Shown: positions 56,098 through 64,000 of the stretch, piece by piece
Position numbering within the stretch: position 1 is the first letter of the stretch
Layout: each line of letters begins with the position of its first letter
Assembly: GCF_013122565.1 (NCBI RefSeq)
Contig: NZ_CP053258.1
Origin: Escherichia coli
Lineage (GTDB): Bacteria > Pseudomonadota > Gammaproteobacteria > Enterobacterales > Enterobacteriaceae
Reading direction: 5' to 3' (one strand)
DNA: 64,000 nt
Translations under genes and position numbers: made by a program
The notes under the pieces: generated by a model
What the model saw: the letters and a program-made list of their open reading frames with translations, nothing else
What the model was told of the DNA's origin: nothing
The model's database searches: none

Positions 56098-57639
56098 TCA
56101 CTCTTCGCTTTTCTTCTGGTTTAAGCCATATTCCCGCAACTTATTGGCAATCGCGGTATGTGAAACACCGAGACGTTTTGCCAGTTTGCGCGTGCTGGGA
56201 TAATTGCGATAAAGCTGAGTTAATACCGAGCGTTCAAAACGGCTGGTAATTTCGTCCAGCGAACCTTCCATCGCATCTTCGCCCACGGCTACCGTTGCGG
56301 CGTCATAATCAGGCAACAAAATATCCTGAGGACGCAGCTCATAACCGTCCAGTTGTGTCAGTGCGCGATAGATAGCGTTCTTTAACTGCCGCACATTTCC
56401 CGGCCACGCATAACGCGTAAGTACAGTATTCAGGTCAGCGGCCAGTTTCGGACGCGGCACGCCCTGCTCGTCGGCAAAGCGGGCGACGAACAGCTCAGTT
56501 AACGGCATGATGTCCTGCGGACAGTCACGTAGCGGTGGCAGATTGAGCGTCAACACGTTCAGACGATAATAGAGATCTTCACGGAACATGCCTTTTTGCA
56601 CCAGTTCGACCAGATTTTTCTGCGTAGCGCAAATCACCCGCACATCGACATGCACCTCATGGTCTTCGCCAACCCGACGGAAAGTGCCATCATTAAGGAA
56701 ACGCAGTAATTTCGCCTGCATCCGTGGTGACATTTCCCCTATTTCATCCAACAGCACCGAACCACCGTTCGCCTGCTCAAAGAATCCTTTCTTCCCTTCC
56801 GGAGCATGACCAAACAGTTCACTCTCGACCGCATCTTCCGGTATAGACGCACAGTTCAGCGCCAGGTAAGGTTTGCCCGCTCTGGGGCTTGCCTGATGGC
56901 AGGCGTAGGCAAAGAGATCTTTACCTGTACCTGTGTCACCCGTAATCAGCAGCGGCGCGCTTAGCATCGCCAGTTTCTGCGCCTGTTCGACAACGTGCTT
57001 CATTTTCGGGCTGACGGCGACAATTTGACTGAAGGCGCTGACGTCCTGGGCGGCGACATTTTGCAACTGGCGGCCCATACGAATCGTTGATCGCAACATC
57101 ACCACCGCACCGGTCAGGACGTGTTGAGCATTTTCATCCTGAAGATAAACAGGCGTAATCTCCATCAGGAAATTCTGCCCATTAATAACGACATGCTCGT
57201 TATGCGAATCTTGCGGTTCGCTTTCCAGCCAACGTAAAAAATTAAAGCCGTTAATCAATTGTGCGGCGGTATGGTTGCGCAGGCGATCCAATTTTTGCCC
57301 AAAAAGCTGACAGCTCGCCGGGTTCGCCATATCCACTTTGCTTTTCATATCGACAGAGAGCACAGGTTCGGGCAACGCCTCCAGTAACGCGCTCAACGCC
57401 AGATGCTCACGTTCGGAAGGCATCCACGGGACAGTACGCACATCGGTAACACCTGCAATACGGCGTATTTCGGCCATCAGACTGCTGAAACTCTCAAACT
57501 CCAGTTCAGCAAAATTGAGGTAGATTCGCCCAATGGGATCAATCTCAATACCGCGTAAATCAATGCCTCTTAGCACGAGTAGATCGAGTAATTCGCGGGT
57601 CAGACCGAGTCGGTCTTCACAAAAGACTTCCAGACGCAT
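56098..57639 (-). CDS. tyrR: transcriptional regulator TyrR (sigma-54 activator family)
   Basis: Longest ORF starts at TTG 57666; ATG at 57639 (MRLEVFCEDRLGLTREL...) gives 513 aa; AAA+ motif GDTGTGKD and C-terminal HTH. Confidence 0.95.
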   Translation of the reverse strand: MRLEVFCEDRLGLTRELLDLLVLRGIDLRGIEIDPIGRIYLNFAELEFESFSSLMAEIRRIAGVTDVRTVPWMPSEREHLALSALLEALPEPVLSVDMKSKVDMANPASCQLFGQKLDRLRNHTAAQLINGFNFLRWLESEPQDSHNEHVVINGQNFLMEITPVYLQDENAQHVLTGAVVMLRSTIRMGRQLQNVAAQDVSAFSQIVAVSPKMKHVVEQAQKLAMLSAPLLITGDTGTGKDLFAYACHQASPRAGKPYLALNCASIPEDAVESELFGHAPEGKKGFFEQANGGSVLLDEIGEMSPRMQAKLLRFLNDGTFRRVGEDHEVHVDVRVICATQKNLVELVQKGMFREDLYYRLNVLTLNLPPLRDCPQDIMPLTELFVARFADEQGVPRPKLAADLNTVLTRYAWPGNVRQLKNAIYRALTQLDGYELRPQDILLPDYDAATVAVGEDAMEGSLDEITSRFERSVLTQLYRNYPSTRKLAKRLGVSHTAIANKLREYGLNQKKSEE

Positions 57640-57709
57640 GGGAACCTTCACCTGAAAAAAGAACAATTAATATGATGATATGACACTATTTGAATAGCAG
57701 GAAGGTTTC

Positions 57710-57727
57710 TGTCAACAATCATTGACA
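57710..57727 (-). promoter_or_regulatory. TyrR-box-like palindrome upstream of tyrR
   Basis: TGTCAA-N6-TTGACA (consensus TGTAAA-N6-TTTACA) about 70-90 nt upstream of the tyrR ATG; tyrR is known to be autoregulated. Confidence 0.5.
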
Positions 57728-57786
57728 CAAAGACGGAAAAACGGGCACTTCGGCGTAAAGATATCCGGTCAGCACCCGATATTGCA

Positions 57787-58848
57787 TTATTTTTCGCTGG
57801 GCGTTTTGCCTTTTTGCAGCGTTTCTTTCACCTGACCGATAAGCTGACGACGGAAATCCCCAAGGCGAGGTTTGTCATCGTCAATCCACGGCAGCGGGCG
57901 GCAAAGCTCCATAGCTTTAATCCCGAGTCGTGCCGTCAGAAGTCCAGCACCAATTCCCTGAGCTGCGCGGGTAGACAAACGAGCAGCGAGATCTTGCGAC
58001 ATCCAGTCCATCCCCACTTCGCGCACCAGTTCGCTGGCTCCGGCGAAAGCGATATTCAGCAATACCAGCTTGAACAGGCGCAAACGGCTGTAATACCCCA
58101 GTTCAATGCCATACAGCGTGGCGATGCGATTAATCAAACGCAGATTGCGCCAGGCGATAAATGCCATATCCACTAGCGCCAGCGGGCTGACCGCAATCAT
58201 CAACGTTGATTCCGCTGCCGAACGGCTGATTTCGCGCCGCGCCTGGGCATCTAAAACTGGCTGGACCAAATGCGCATACAAACTGACCACTTCACGGTCG
58301 TTTTGCGTTTCATGGATTGAGGCATACCAGCGTTGCAGCGCCGGATGTGACTGATCGATGCCCGCCTTCTGCGCCAGTTTTTCGCAAAATGCGCGGCCTT
58401 TGCCGGTTCCGTGGCTATGCAATAAATCACGCGCTTCGTCGCGTTCATGGGCGCGCTGTCGCAAGCGCCATAAGCGCCGCCACTCTGTTACCACGGAACC
58501 TACGCCAGCGCCGATAATCAATGCCCCAGCGGCACATCCACCCAGCGCTACCCAGTCCTGGGTTTGCCAGGCATTCATTGTCCACTGTATACCCTGCCCG
58601 ACAACGCTTGCGCCAAACAGAGCCAGCCCGCCCATCACCATTTTGCGCCACAGGCTGCGTTTCGGACGTAACGCTGCGTCCATTACCGCTTCGACTTGCC
58701 CCTCTTCTTCCTGCGCTTCATCGAGCGTGGCCGGGGCAAAATTTTGCGCCTGATTTTCGTCAAAGGTCTGCTGCGCCCTGAATTTTGGATTCTGATCGAC
58801 CTCCAGCGGACCGTCGAAATCAATACGTGGTTTTAACGGTTCGGTCAT
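57787..58848 (-). CDS. ycjF: inner-membrane protein YcjF (DUF697/UPF0283)
   Basis: 353-aa ORF with central hydrophobic segments; start overlaps the ycjX stop by 4 nt. Confidence 0.8.
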   Translation of the reverse strand: MTEPLKPRIDFDGPLEVDQNPKFRAQQTFDENQAQNFAPATLDEAQEEEGQVEAVMDAALRPKRSLWRKMVMGGLALFGASVVGQGIQWTMNAWQTQDWVALGGCAAGALIIGAGVGSVVTEWRRLWRLRQRAHERDEARDLLHSHGTGKGRAFCEKLAQKAGIDQSHPALQRWYASIHETQNDREVVSLYAHLVQPVLDAQARREISRSAAESTLMIAVSPLALVDMAFIAWRNLRLINRIATLYGIELGYYSRLRLFKLVLLNIAFAGASELVREVGMDWMSQDLAARLSTRAAQGIGAGLLTARLGIKAMELCRPLPWIDDDKPRLGDFRRQLIGQVKETLQKGKTPSEK

Positions 58849-60242
58849 CGCAATTTATCTCCTATTAAAAATTCCAGCGCAGCATCAAGACGAATATGCG
58901 GTAGTGGTTTGTCGACATCCATCACCTGCGGACGAAATGCCTCAAACTGGAAGCCTTGCTTATCCCAGAACGCCTGACCAGGCAAACGTGCGGGAACTTC
59001 GCCAGGATAAACAGTGAGCGGTGCGCCATCGCTGAGTCGATTACCGCGCAGCGCCGGGATTTTCTCACCGTTAACATCAATAATGCCGCTGGTGGTCGCC
59101 TGAACTGACGCCAGCCCCAGGCAGTCCATGCTGATCCCTTCGAACGCCGCATTTTGCCAGGCATCCTGAATCAGTTGTTGCAGTAATGAAACCATATTAG
59201 CGTGCTGATCGATGGTCACATGGTCCGCTTTAGTAGCAGCAAACAATAGCTTATCGATAACCGGCGAAAACAAACGCCGGAACAGGGTACGCTGCCCGTA
59301 GTGAAAACTTTGCATCAGCTGCGTCAGCGCCAGACGCATATCATTAAATGCCTGTGGCCCACTGTTGAGAGGTTGCAGGCAGTCCACCAGCACAATCTGG
59401 CGGTCAAAGCGCAGAAAATGATTCTTATAGAACCCCTTCACCACCTTCTCGCAATAATAATTAAAGCGCTCGCGCAGCATTCCGGCATTGGTATGCTTGT
59501 CGGCCTGCGCCAGTTTGGACTCACCCCAGACATCGACATCCGGCCACGGGAAGAATTGCAGCGCGGGCGCACCTGCCATATCTCCCGGCAAGACAAAGCG
59601 CCCAGGCTGAATAAAGTGCAGCCCCTGCTGTTTACAGTGGTGGAGATAATCAGTCCAGGCGGTGGCAATGTCTGCCAGCCGGTTTTCGTCGGCAGGCGCT
59701 AGCGGGTCCAGCCCTTCGCACATCATTCGCCATTTCGCCGACCACACGCCGCGCTGACCATTGAGTAAGCCCGTCATCTGGCGCGACCAGCTTAAATAGT
59801 CCTGCGCCAGCATCGGCAGGTCGAGCAACCATTCGCCGGGATAATCCACAATCTCCAGATACAGCGTGGAGGTGTCCTTAAAGTGGCGTAGCAGCGAATC
59901 GTTCGATTTAAAACGTAACGCCAGGCGAATTTCGCTGACGCCGCGCGTTGGCGTTGGCCAGGCGGGTGGATTGCCGTACAGCTGCGCCAGCCCTTCATCA
60001 TAGGTGAAGCGCGGAATGCCAAAGTCACGCTGGGGAATGCGTTTTACGCCCAGCAGGCGCTCTTCACGCACCGCGCTTAACAGCGGCAAACGTGCTCCGG
60101 CGTGAATATTGAGCAACTGATTGACCATCGCAGTGATAAACGCCGTTTTGCCGCTGCGGCTAAGTCCGGTTACGGCGAGGCGCAGATGTCTGTCGACACC
60201 CCGATTCACCAGCGCATTAAGTTCATTTTTAAGTCGCTTCAT
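58845..60242 (-). CDS. ycjX: P-loop NTPase YcjX (DUF463)
   Basis: Longest ORF is 507 aa; ATG at 60242 ([12 protein letters not shown]...) gives 465 aa; Walker A GLSRSGKT. Confidence 0.85.
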   Translation of the reverse strand: MKRLKNELNALVNRGVDRHLRLAVTGLSRSGKTAFITAMVNQLLNIHAGARLPLLSAVREERLLGVKRIPQRDFGIPRFTYDEGLAQLYGNPPAWPTPTRGVSEIRLALRFKSNDSLLRHFKDTSTLYLEIVDYPGEWLLDLPMLAQDYLSWSRQMTGLLNGQRGVWSAKWRMMCEGLDPLAPADENRLADIATAWTDYLHHCKQQGLHFIQPGRFVLPGDMAGAPALQFFPWPDVDVWGESKLAQADKHTNAGMLRERFNYYCEKVVKGFYKNHFLRFDRQIVLVDCLQPLNSGPQAFNDMRLALTQLMQSFHYGQRTLFRRLFSPVIDKLLFAATKADHVTIDQHANMVSLLQQLIQDAWQNAAFEGISMDCLGLASVQATTSGIIDVNGEKIPALRGNRLSDGAPLTVYPGEVPARLPGQAFWDKQGFQFEAFRPQVMDVDKPLPHIRLDAALEFLIGDKLR

Positions 60243-60394
60243 TGCTGTCCTGTGCTGCTCTGAAGACCAGAAAAACATGTGTAAGGATACAAATGTGGGG
60301 GCCATGCCATTGATTATCAACTGGCCCGTGTTGTCATCCACGGACGAACTCCATAAGATGTGCACCATTCACGTTCGGACGGAGTTCCTTATCT

Positions 60395-61393
60395 ATGTCC
60401 CCTACTATTTATGATATCGCCAGGGTTGCGGGCGTATCAAAATCTACCGTATCACGCGTGCTGAATAAGCAAACTAATATCTCCCCGGAAGCGCGCGAAA
60501 AAGTGTTACGGGCCATTGAAGAATTAGAGTATCAACCAAACAAGCTGGCCCGTGCGCTCACCTCTTCCGGTTTTGATGCGATTATGGTTATTTCTACCCG
60601 TTCCACGAAAACCACGGCGGGTAATCCTTTTTTCTCTGAAGTTCTACATGCCATCACCGCCAAAGCTGAAGAAGAAGGTTTCGACGTGATATTGCAAACG
60701 TCGCACAATCCTGCGGAAGACTTACAAAAATGTGAAAGCAAAATTAAGCAGAAAATGATTAAAGGCATTATTATGCTAAGTTCGCCAGCGGATGAGTCAT
60801 TTTTTGCCCAACTCGATAAATACGATATTCCGGTGGTGGTAATTGGCAAAGTTGAAGGTCAATATGCCCATGTTTATTCTGTCGATACCGATAATTTTGG
60901 CGACAGCATTGCGCTAACCGATGCGTTAATTGAAAGTGGGCATCAAAATATTGCCTGCCTTCATGCACCGCTTGATGTCCATGTTTCGGTTGATCGGGTT
61001 AATGGTTATAAGCAGAGTCTGGAAGATCATAATATTGCAGTGCGTGATGAATGGATCGTTGATGGCGGTTATACCCATGAAACAGCACTGCAAGCAGCAC
61101 GGCAATTATTAAGTCAGTCACCGTTGCCAGAAGCCGTATTTGCCACTGACAGTCTGAAATTAATGAGTATTTATCGTGCGGCGGCAGAGAAAAATATTGC
61201 TATTCCGCAGCAGTTAGCGGTGGTGGGTTATAGTAATGAAACGCTGTCGTTTATTTTAACGCCTGCACCAGGCGGCATCGATGTCCCGACGCAGGAGTTA
61301 GGGCAACAAAGCTGTGAGTTATTATTCCGCTTAATTGCCGGAAAACCGTCACCACAAAATATTACCGTTGCCACGCATATGACGCTGAAATAA
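60395..61393 (+). CDS. ycjW: LacI-family transcriptional repressor
   Basis: 332-aa ORF with N-terminal LacI-type HTH ([21 protein letters not shown]) and a periplasmic-binding-protein-like sugar-binding core. Confidence 0.85.
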   Translation: MSPTIYDIARVAGVSKSTVSRVLNKQTNISPEAREKVLRAIEELEYQPNKLARALTSSGFDAIMVISTRSTKTTAGNPFFSEVLHAITAKAEEEGFDVILQTSHNPAEDLQKCESKIKQKMIKGIIMLSSPADESFFAQLDKYDIPVVVIGKVEGQYAHVYSVDTDNFGDSIALTDALIESGHQNIACLHAPLDVHVSVDRVNGYKQSLEDHNIAVRDEWIVDGGYTHETALQAARQLLSQSPLPEAVFATDSLKLMSIYRAAAEKNIAIPQQLAVVGYSNETLSFILTPAPGGIDVPTQELGQQSCELLFRLIAGKPSPQNITVATHMTLK

Positions 61394-61415
61394 ATACCAG
61401 CTACCTTGCCTGAAT

Positions 61416-61490
61416 GCCGGATGCGATGCTGGCGCATCTTATCCGGCCTACATTTATAGACCGGATAAAGTACTCGCGCCGCATCCGGCA
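61416..61490. repeat. REP/BIME element between convergent ycjW and ompG
   Basis: GCCGGATGCGATGCTGGCGCATCTTATCCGGCC and GACCGGATAAAGTACTCGCGCCGCATCCGGCA palindromic units. Confidence 0.8.
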
Positions 61491-61503
61491 ATTTAACCCA
61501 TTA

Positions 61504-62409
61504 TCAGAACGAGTAATTTACGCCGACACCTGCATAATGGAATTTATCGCTGTCGCCTTCGTCGTGATTCTGCCACTCAAACGCGTATTCCAGCGAAACG
61601 GAAAGTCCGTTCTGGAAATCATAACCGTAAAATAAACCCACACGGTTAAAATCATGGCCTTCACGTTCAATATCATCCTGCCAGTCCCAGTTACTCCAGC
61701 GATCCAGCCCAATGCGTGTATACGGCGTCACCGAGTGGTTGCCGAGCGTCAGCGGCAAATAGGCGCGAATTTCTTGCGTGGAAAACTCACCGTTATTGCG
61801 GCTGTCGTCCATATTGAAGCCGCGCTCGAGATAATAGTTCACTCGCAAAGCAACCGTTTCGTTGAAGGTATATTGCAGACCTGTTTCCGTTTCTACACGG
61901 GTATCAGCGTAACCGGTCGTGTCCAGATCGTTGGCAAATTTATACATCGACAACCAACCGTTGAAACGTAAATCGTCAGTCAGTTTCACATCCCAGTCTG
62001 GCGCGATTTTCCAGCGCTGCATATTCGCCGTGTCTTTACCCGGTTCATCAACGTAGTGATAACCATAATTACGGAAACCGCCGGTCAGGCCGAAACTGAA
62101 ATCATCGCTTTCGAGGAACTGATAATGCACCTCCAGCTCCGGGCGATCAAACCACGTTCCACGTTTACCCGCGCTATAATCTACCGGCCCTTCCTGATAA
62201 TAGGCCAAAGAAATTCTCCACGGCCCGTTGGCAGCATTAAAATAGACAGAAGGCTCCGCCAGCCCATCCATATCTTCGCCATAACCCTCGACGTTTTCTA
62301 TTTCGTACATCGCGCCGATATTAAAGTGCCAGTCATTCTTTTCCTCTGCCTGTGCGCAGGCCATTCCCGCACACATCACCAGTGCGGTACAGGGTAATAA
62401 CTTTTTCAT
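61504..62409 (-). CDS. ompG: outer-membrane porin OmpG
   Basis: 301-aa ORF with signal peptide, beta-barrel-like alternating aromatic pattern and C-terminal F. Confidence 0.9.
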   Translation of the reverse strand: MKKLLPCTALVMCAGMACAQAEEKNDWHFNIGAMYEIENVEGYGEDMDGLAEPSVYFNAANGPWRISLAYYQEGPVDYSAGKRGTWFDRPELEVHYQFLESDDFSFGLTGGFRNYGYHYVDEPGKDTANMQRWKIAPDWDVKLTDDLRFNGWLSMYKFANDLDTTGYADTRVETETGLQYTFNETVALRVNYYLERGFNMDDSRNNGEFSTQEIRAYLPLTLGNHSVTPYTRIGLDRWSNWDWQDDIEREGHDFNRVGLFYGYDFQNGLSVSLEYAFEWQNHDEGDSDKFHYAGVGVNYSF

Positions 62410-62453
62410 TATTGTTCCTTGTATTATCCTGGGGGAATGCCTTCCCCCTGTAT

Positions 62454-63536
62454 TTAGCGAATTGCTATTTCCGTTTCTGCATCAAAGAAATGACATTTAG
62501 TCATATCAAAATGAATAGTGATATTTTCTCCTGCATGATAATCATTCAACGCACCAGCACGGACCACTAACTCGTGCCCCCCAACCGTGGTGTAGAGCAT
62601 AAATTCCGCACCGGTTAATTCTGCCACGCTAATTTTGGCGGAAATCTTATTTTCCTCTTGCGCGTCCGGATGAATATCTTCCGGGCGTATTCCCATCACG
62701 ATGGGCTTATGCAAACTTTCCTGTGTTTTCAGAACCGCTAATTTCTCTTCGGGAATGGTTAATTTAAGCGTTTCCGTAACGAATTTATCGCCATCGATCG
62801 TGCCACGAATAAAATTCATCGCCGGTGATCCAATAAATCCGGCAACAAACATATTCGCTGGTTGGTTATAAACCGTTTTCGGCGCACCAACTTGCTGAAC
62901 AATCCCATCCTTCATAATCACAATCCGCGTCGCCATGGTCATCGCTTCGGTCTGATCGTGGGTCACGTAGATCATGGTGGTATTCAGCTTCTGGTGCAGC
63001 TTGCTGATCTCTGCGCGCATTTGCACGCGCAGCTTGGCATCAAGGTTAGAGAGCGGTTCATCCATTAAAAACACGCCCGCTTCGCGCACAATCGCCCGCC
63101 CGAGCGCCACACGCTGGCGTTGCCCGCCGGAAAGCGCGCCCGGCTTGCGTTTCAGGTACTCTCGCAGGCCGAGAATTTGCGCCGCCCAGTTCACCCGCTC
63201 ATCAATCACCTCTTTGGCGATTTTTTGCATCTTCAGGCCAAACGCCATGTTGTCGTAGACCGTCATATGCGGATACAGCGCATAGTTCTGGAACACCATC
63301 GCGATATTGCGCTCTTTAGCCGGAACGTCATTCATTCGTTTGCCGTCGATCAACAGATCGCCGCCGCTGATCTCCTCAAGCCCGGCAATCATGCGAAGGG
63401 TGGTCGACTTACCGCAGCCTGACGGGCCGACAAACACGATGAACTCTTTATCGGCAATTTCCAGGTTGAAGTCCTTCACCACATGCACCTGGTTATCGTA
63501 GATTTTTTGAATATGTTGTAACGAAAGCTGTGCCAT
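62454..63536 (-). CDS. ycjV: ABC transporter ATP-binding protein (MalK-like), intact
   Basis: 360-aa ORF with Walker A GPSGCGKST, signature LSGGQRQR and Walker B VFLMDEP plus a C-terminal regulatory domain; the K-12 copy is truncated (from memory). Confidence 0.85.
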   Translation of the reverse strand: MAQLSLQHIQKIYDNQVHVVKDFNLEIADKEFIVFVGPSGCGKSTTLRMIAGLEEISGGDLLIDGKRMNDVPAKERNIAMVFQNYALYPHMTVYDNMAFGLKMQKIAKEVIDERVNWAAQILGLREYLKRKPGALSGGQRQRVALGRAIVREAGVFLMDEPLSNLDAKLRVQMRAEISKLHQKLNTTMIYVTHDQTEAMTMATRIVIMKDGIVQQVGAPKTVYNQPANMFVAGFIGSPAMNFIRGTIDGDKFVTETLKLTIPEEKLAVLKTQESLHKPIVMGIRPEDIHPDAQEENKISAKISVAELTGAEFMLYTTVGGHELVVRAGALNDYHAGENITIHFDMTKCHFFDAETEIAIR

Positions 63537-63549
63537 GTTGATTCCTTTG

Positions 63550-64000
63550 CTATACGTTTTGCCAGAAGGCCGATAACCGCGGCCAGGTCAGGGAGTCCGT
63601 TGAGGGCAACAGTAATTGCGCCCCGGTTAAGCCCGCGCCGATCCCCACCGAGCGCATACCGCTGGCGTTAATGGCGTCAATGCCCGCCTGCGCATCTTCA
63701 ATGCCGATACATGCCTGCGGCGGCACGCCCAGCCCGGCACAGGCAGCGAGAAAGATTTCCGGATCCGGTTTCGAGTTTTTAAGTTGGGAAGCATCCGCGC
63801 AGAAGGTGAAAAACTCGCGCAGCTCCAGCGCCGCTAAAATCGTCGGCGCATTCAGGGAGACGGAAGCCAGCCCTACCGGAATCTGCTGTGCACGGAGCTC
63901 TGCCAGCAAATTGCGAATACCGGGCAGCACAGCATTAACCGTCAGCTCGCGCAGTGAGTGGACGTAAAGCAGATTTTTGCGATACGCCAGTTGCGCCCGC
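63550..64000 (-). CDS. ycjU: beta-phosphoglucomutase-like HAD hydrolase, C-terminal part (5' end lies outside the window)
   Basis: Reading frame open from 63550 to the window edge; HAD-family C-terminal motifs ([11 protein letters not shown]); position matches K-12 ycjU. Confidence 0.75.
   Translation of the reverse strand, partial: RAQLAYRKNLLYVHSLRELTVNAVLPGIRNLLAELRAQQIPVGLASVSLNAPTILAALELREFFTFCADASQLKNSKPDPEIFLAACAGLGVPPQACIGIEDAQAGIDAINASGMRSVGIGAGLTGAQLLLPSTDSLTWPRLSAFWQNV

Overview
This 64 kb window reads as an Escherichia coli-type chromosomal segment, syntenic (in reverse orientation) with the K-12 interval from gapC/aldA to the ycjU/ycjV sugar-catabolism cluster. Gene identities are assigned from the supplied six-frame translations and recognisable motifs, and all comparisons with K-12 are made from memory of the K-12 map, not from a database search. 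Almost the whole window is tightly packed core genes (aldA, hrpA, azoR, ynbABCD, ydbA, ldhA, pfo, ompN, ttcA, dbpA, zntB, dgcM, abgRABT, ogt, fnr, uspE, mppA, tpx, tyrR, ycjXF, ompG) plus three small RNAs (MicC, FnrS, McaS), REP elements and intrinsic terminators. I found no integrase, transposase, IS element, CRISPR array, tRNA or rRNA. Relative to K-12 the strain appears to lack the Rac prophage, the feaRB-tynA-paa cluster, the IS5 copy between ynaJ and ynaI, and ycjY-pgrR, while ydbA and ycjV are intact. The main candidate for something undescribed is a 2.2 kb single-gene insertion between the normally adjacent convergent genes tpx and tyrR. It encodes an intact ~680-aa protein with no motif I can recognise and rare-codon usage, and is bounded by an 8-bp direct repeat. 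A second candidate is a 57-codon proline-rich ORF with a strong Shine-Dalgarno sequence, 29 nt upstream of a GTG-initiated dbpA. Function of neither can be assigned from sequence alone.
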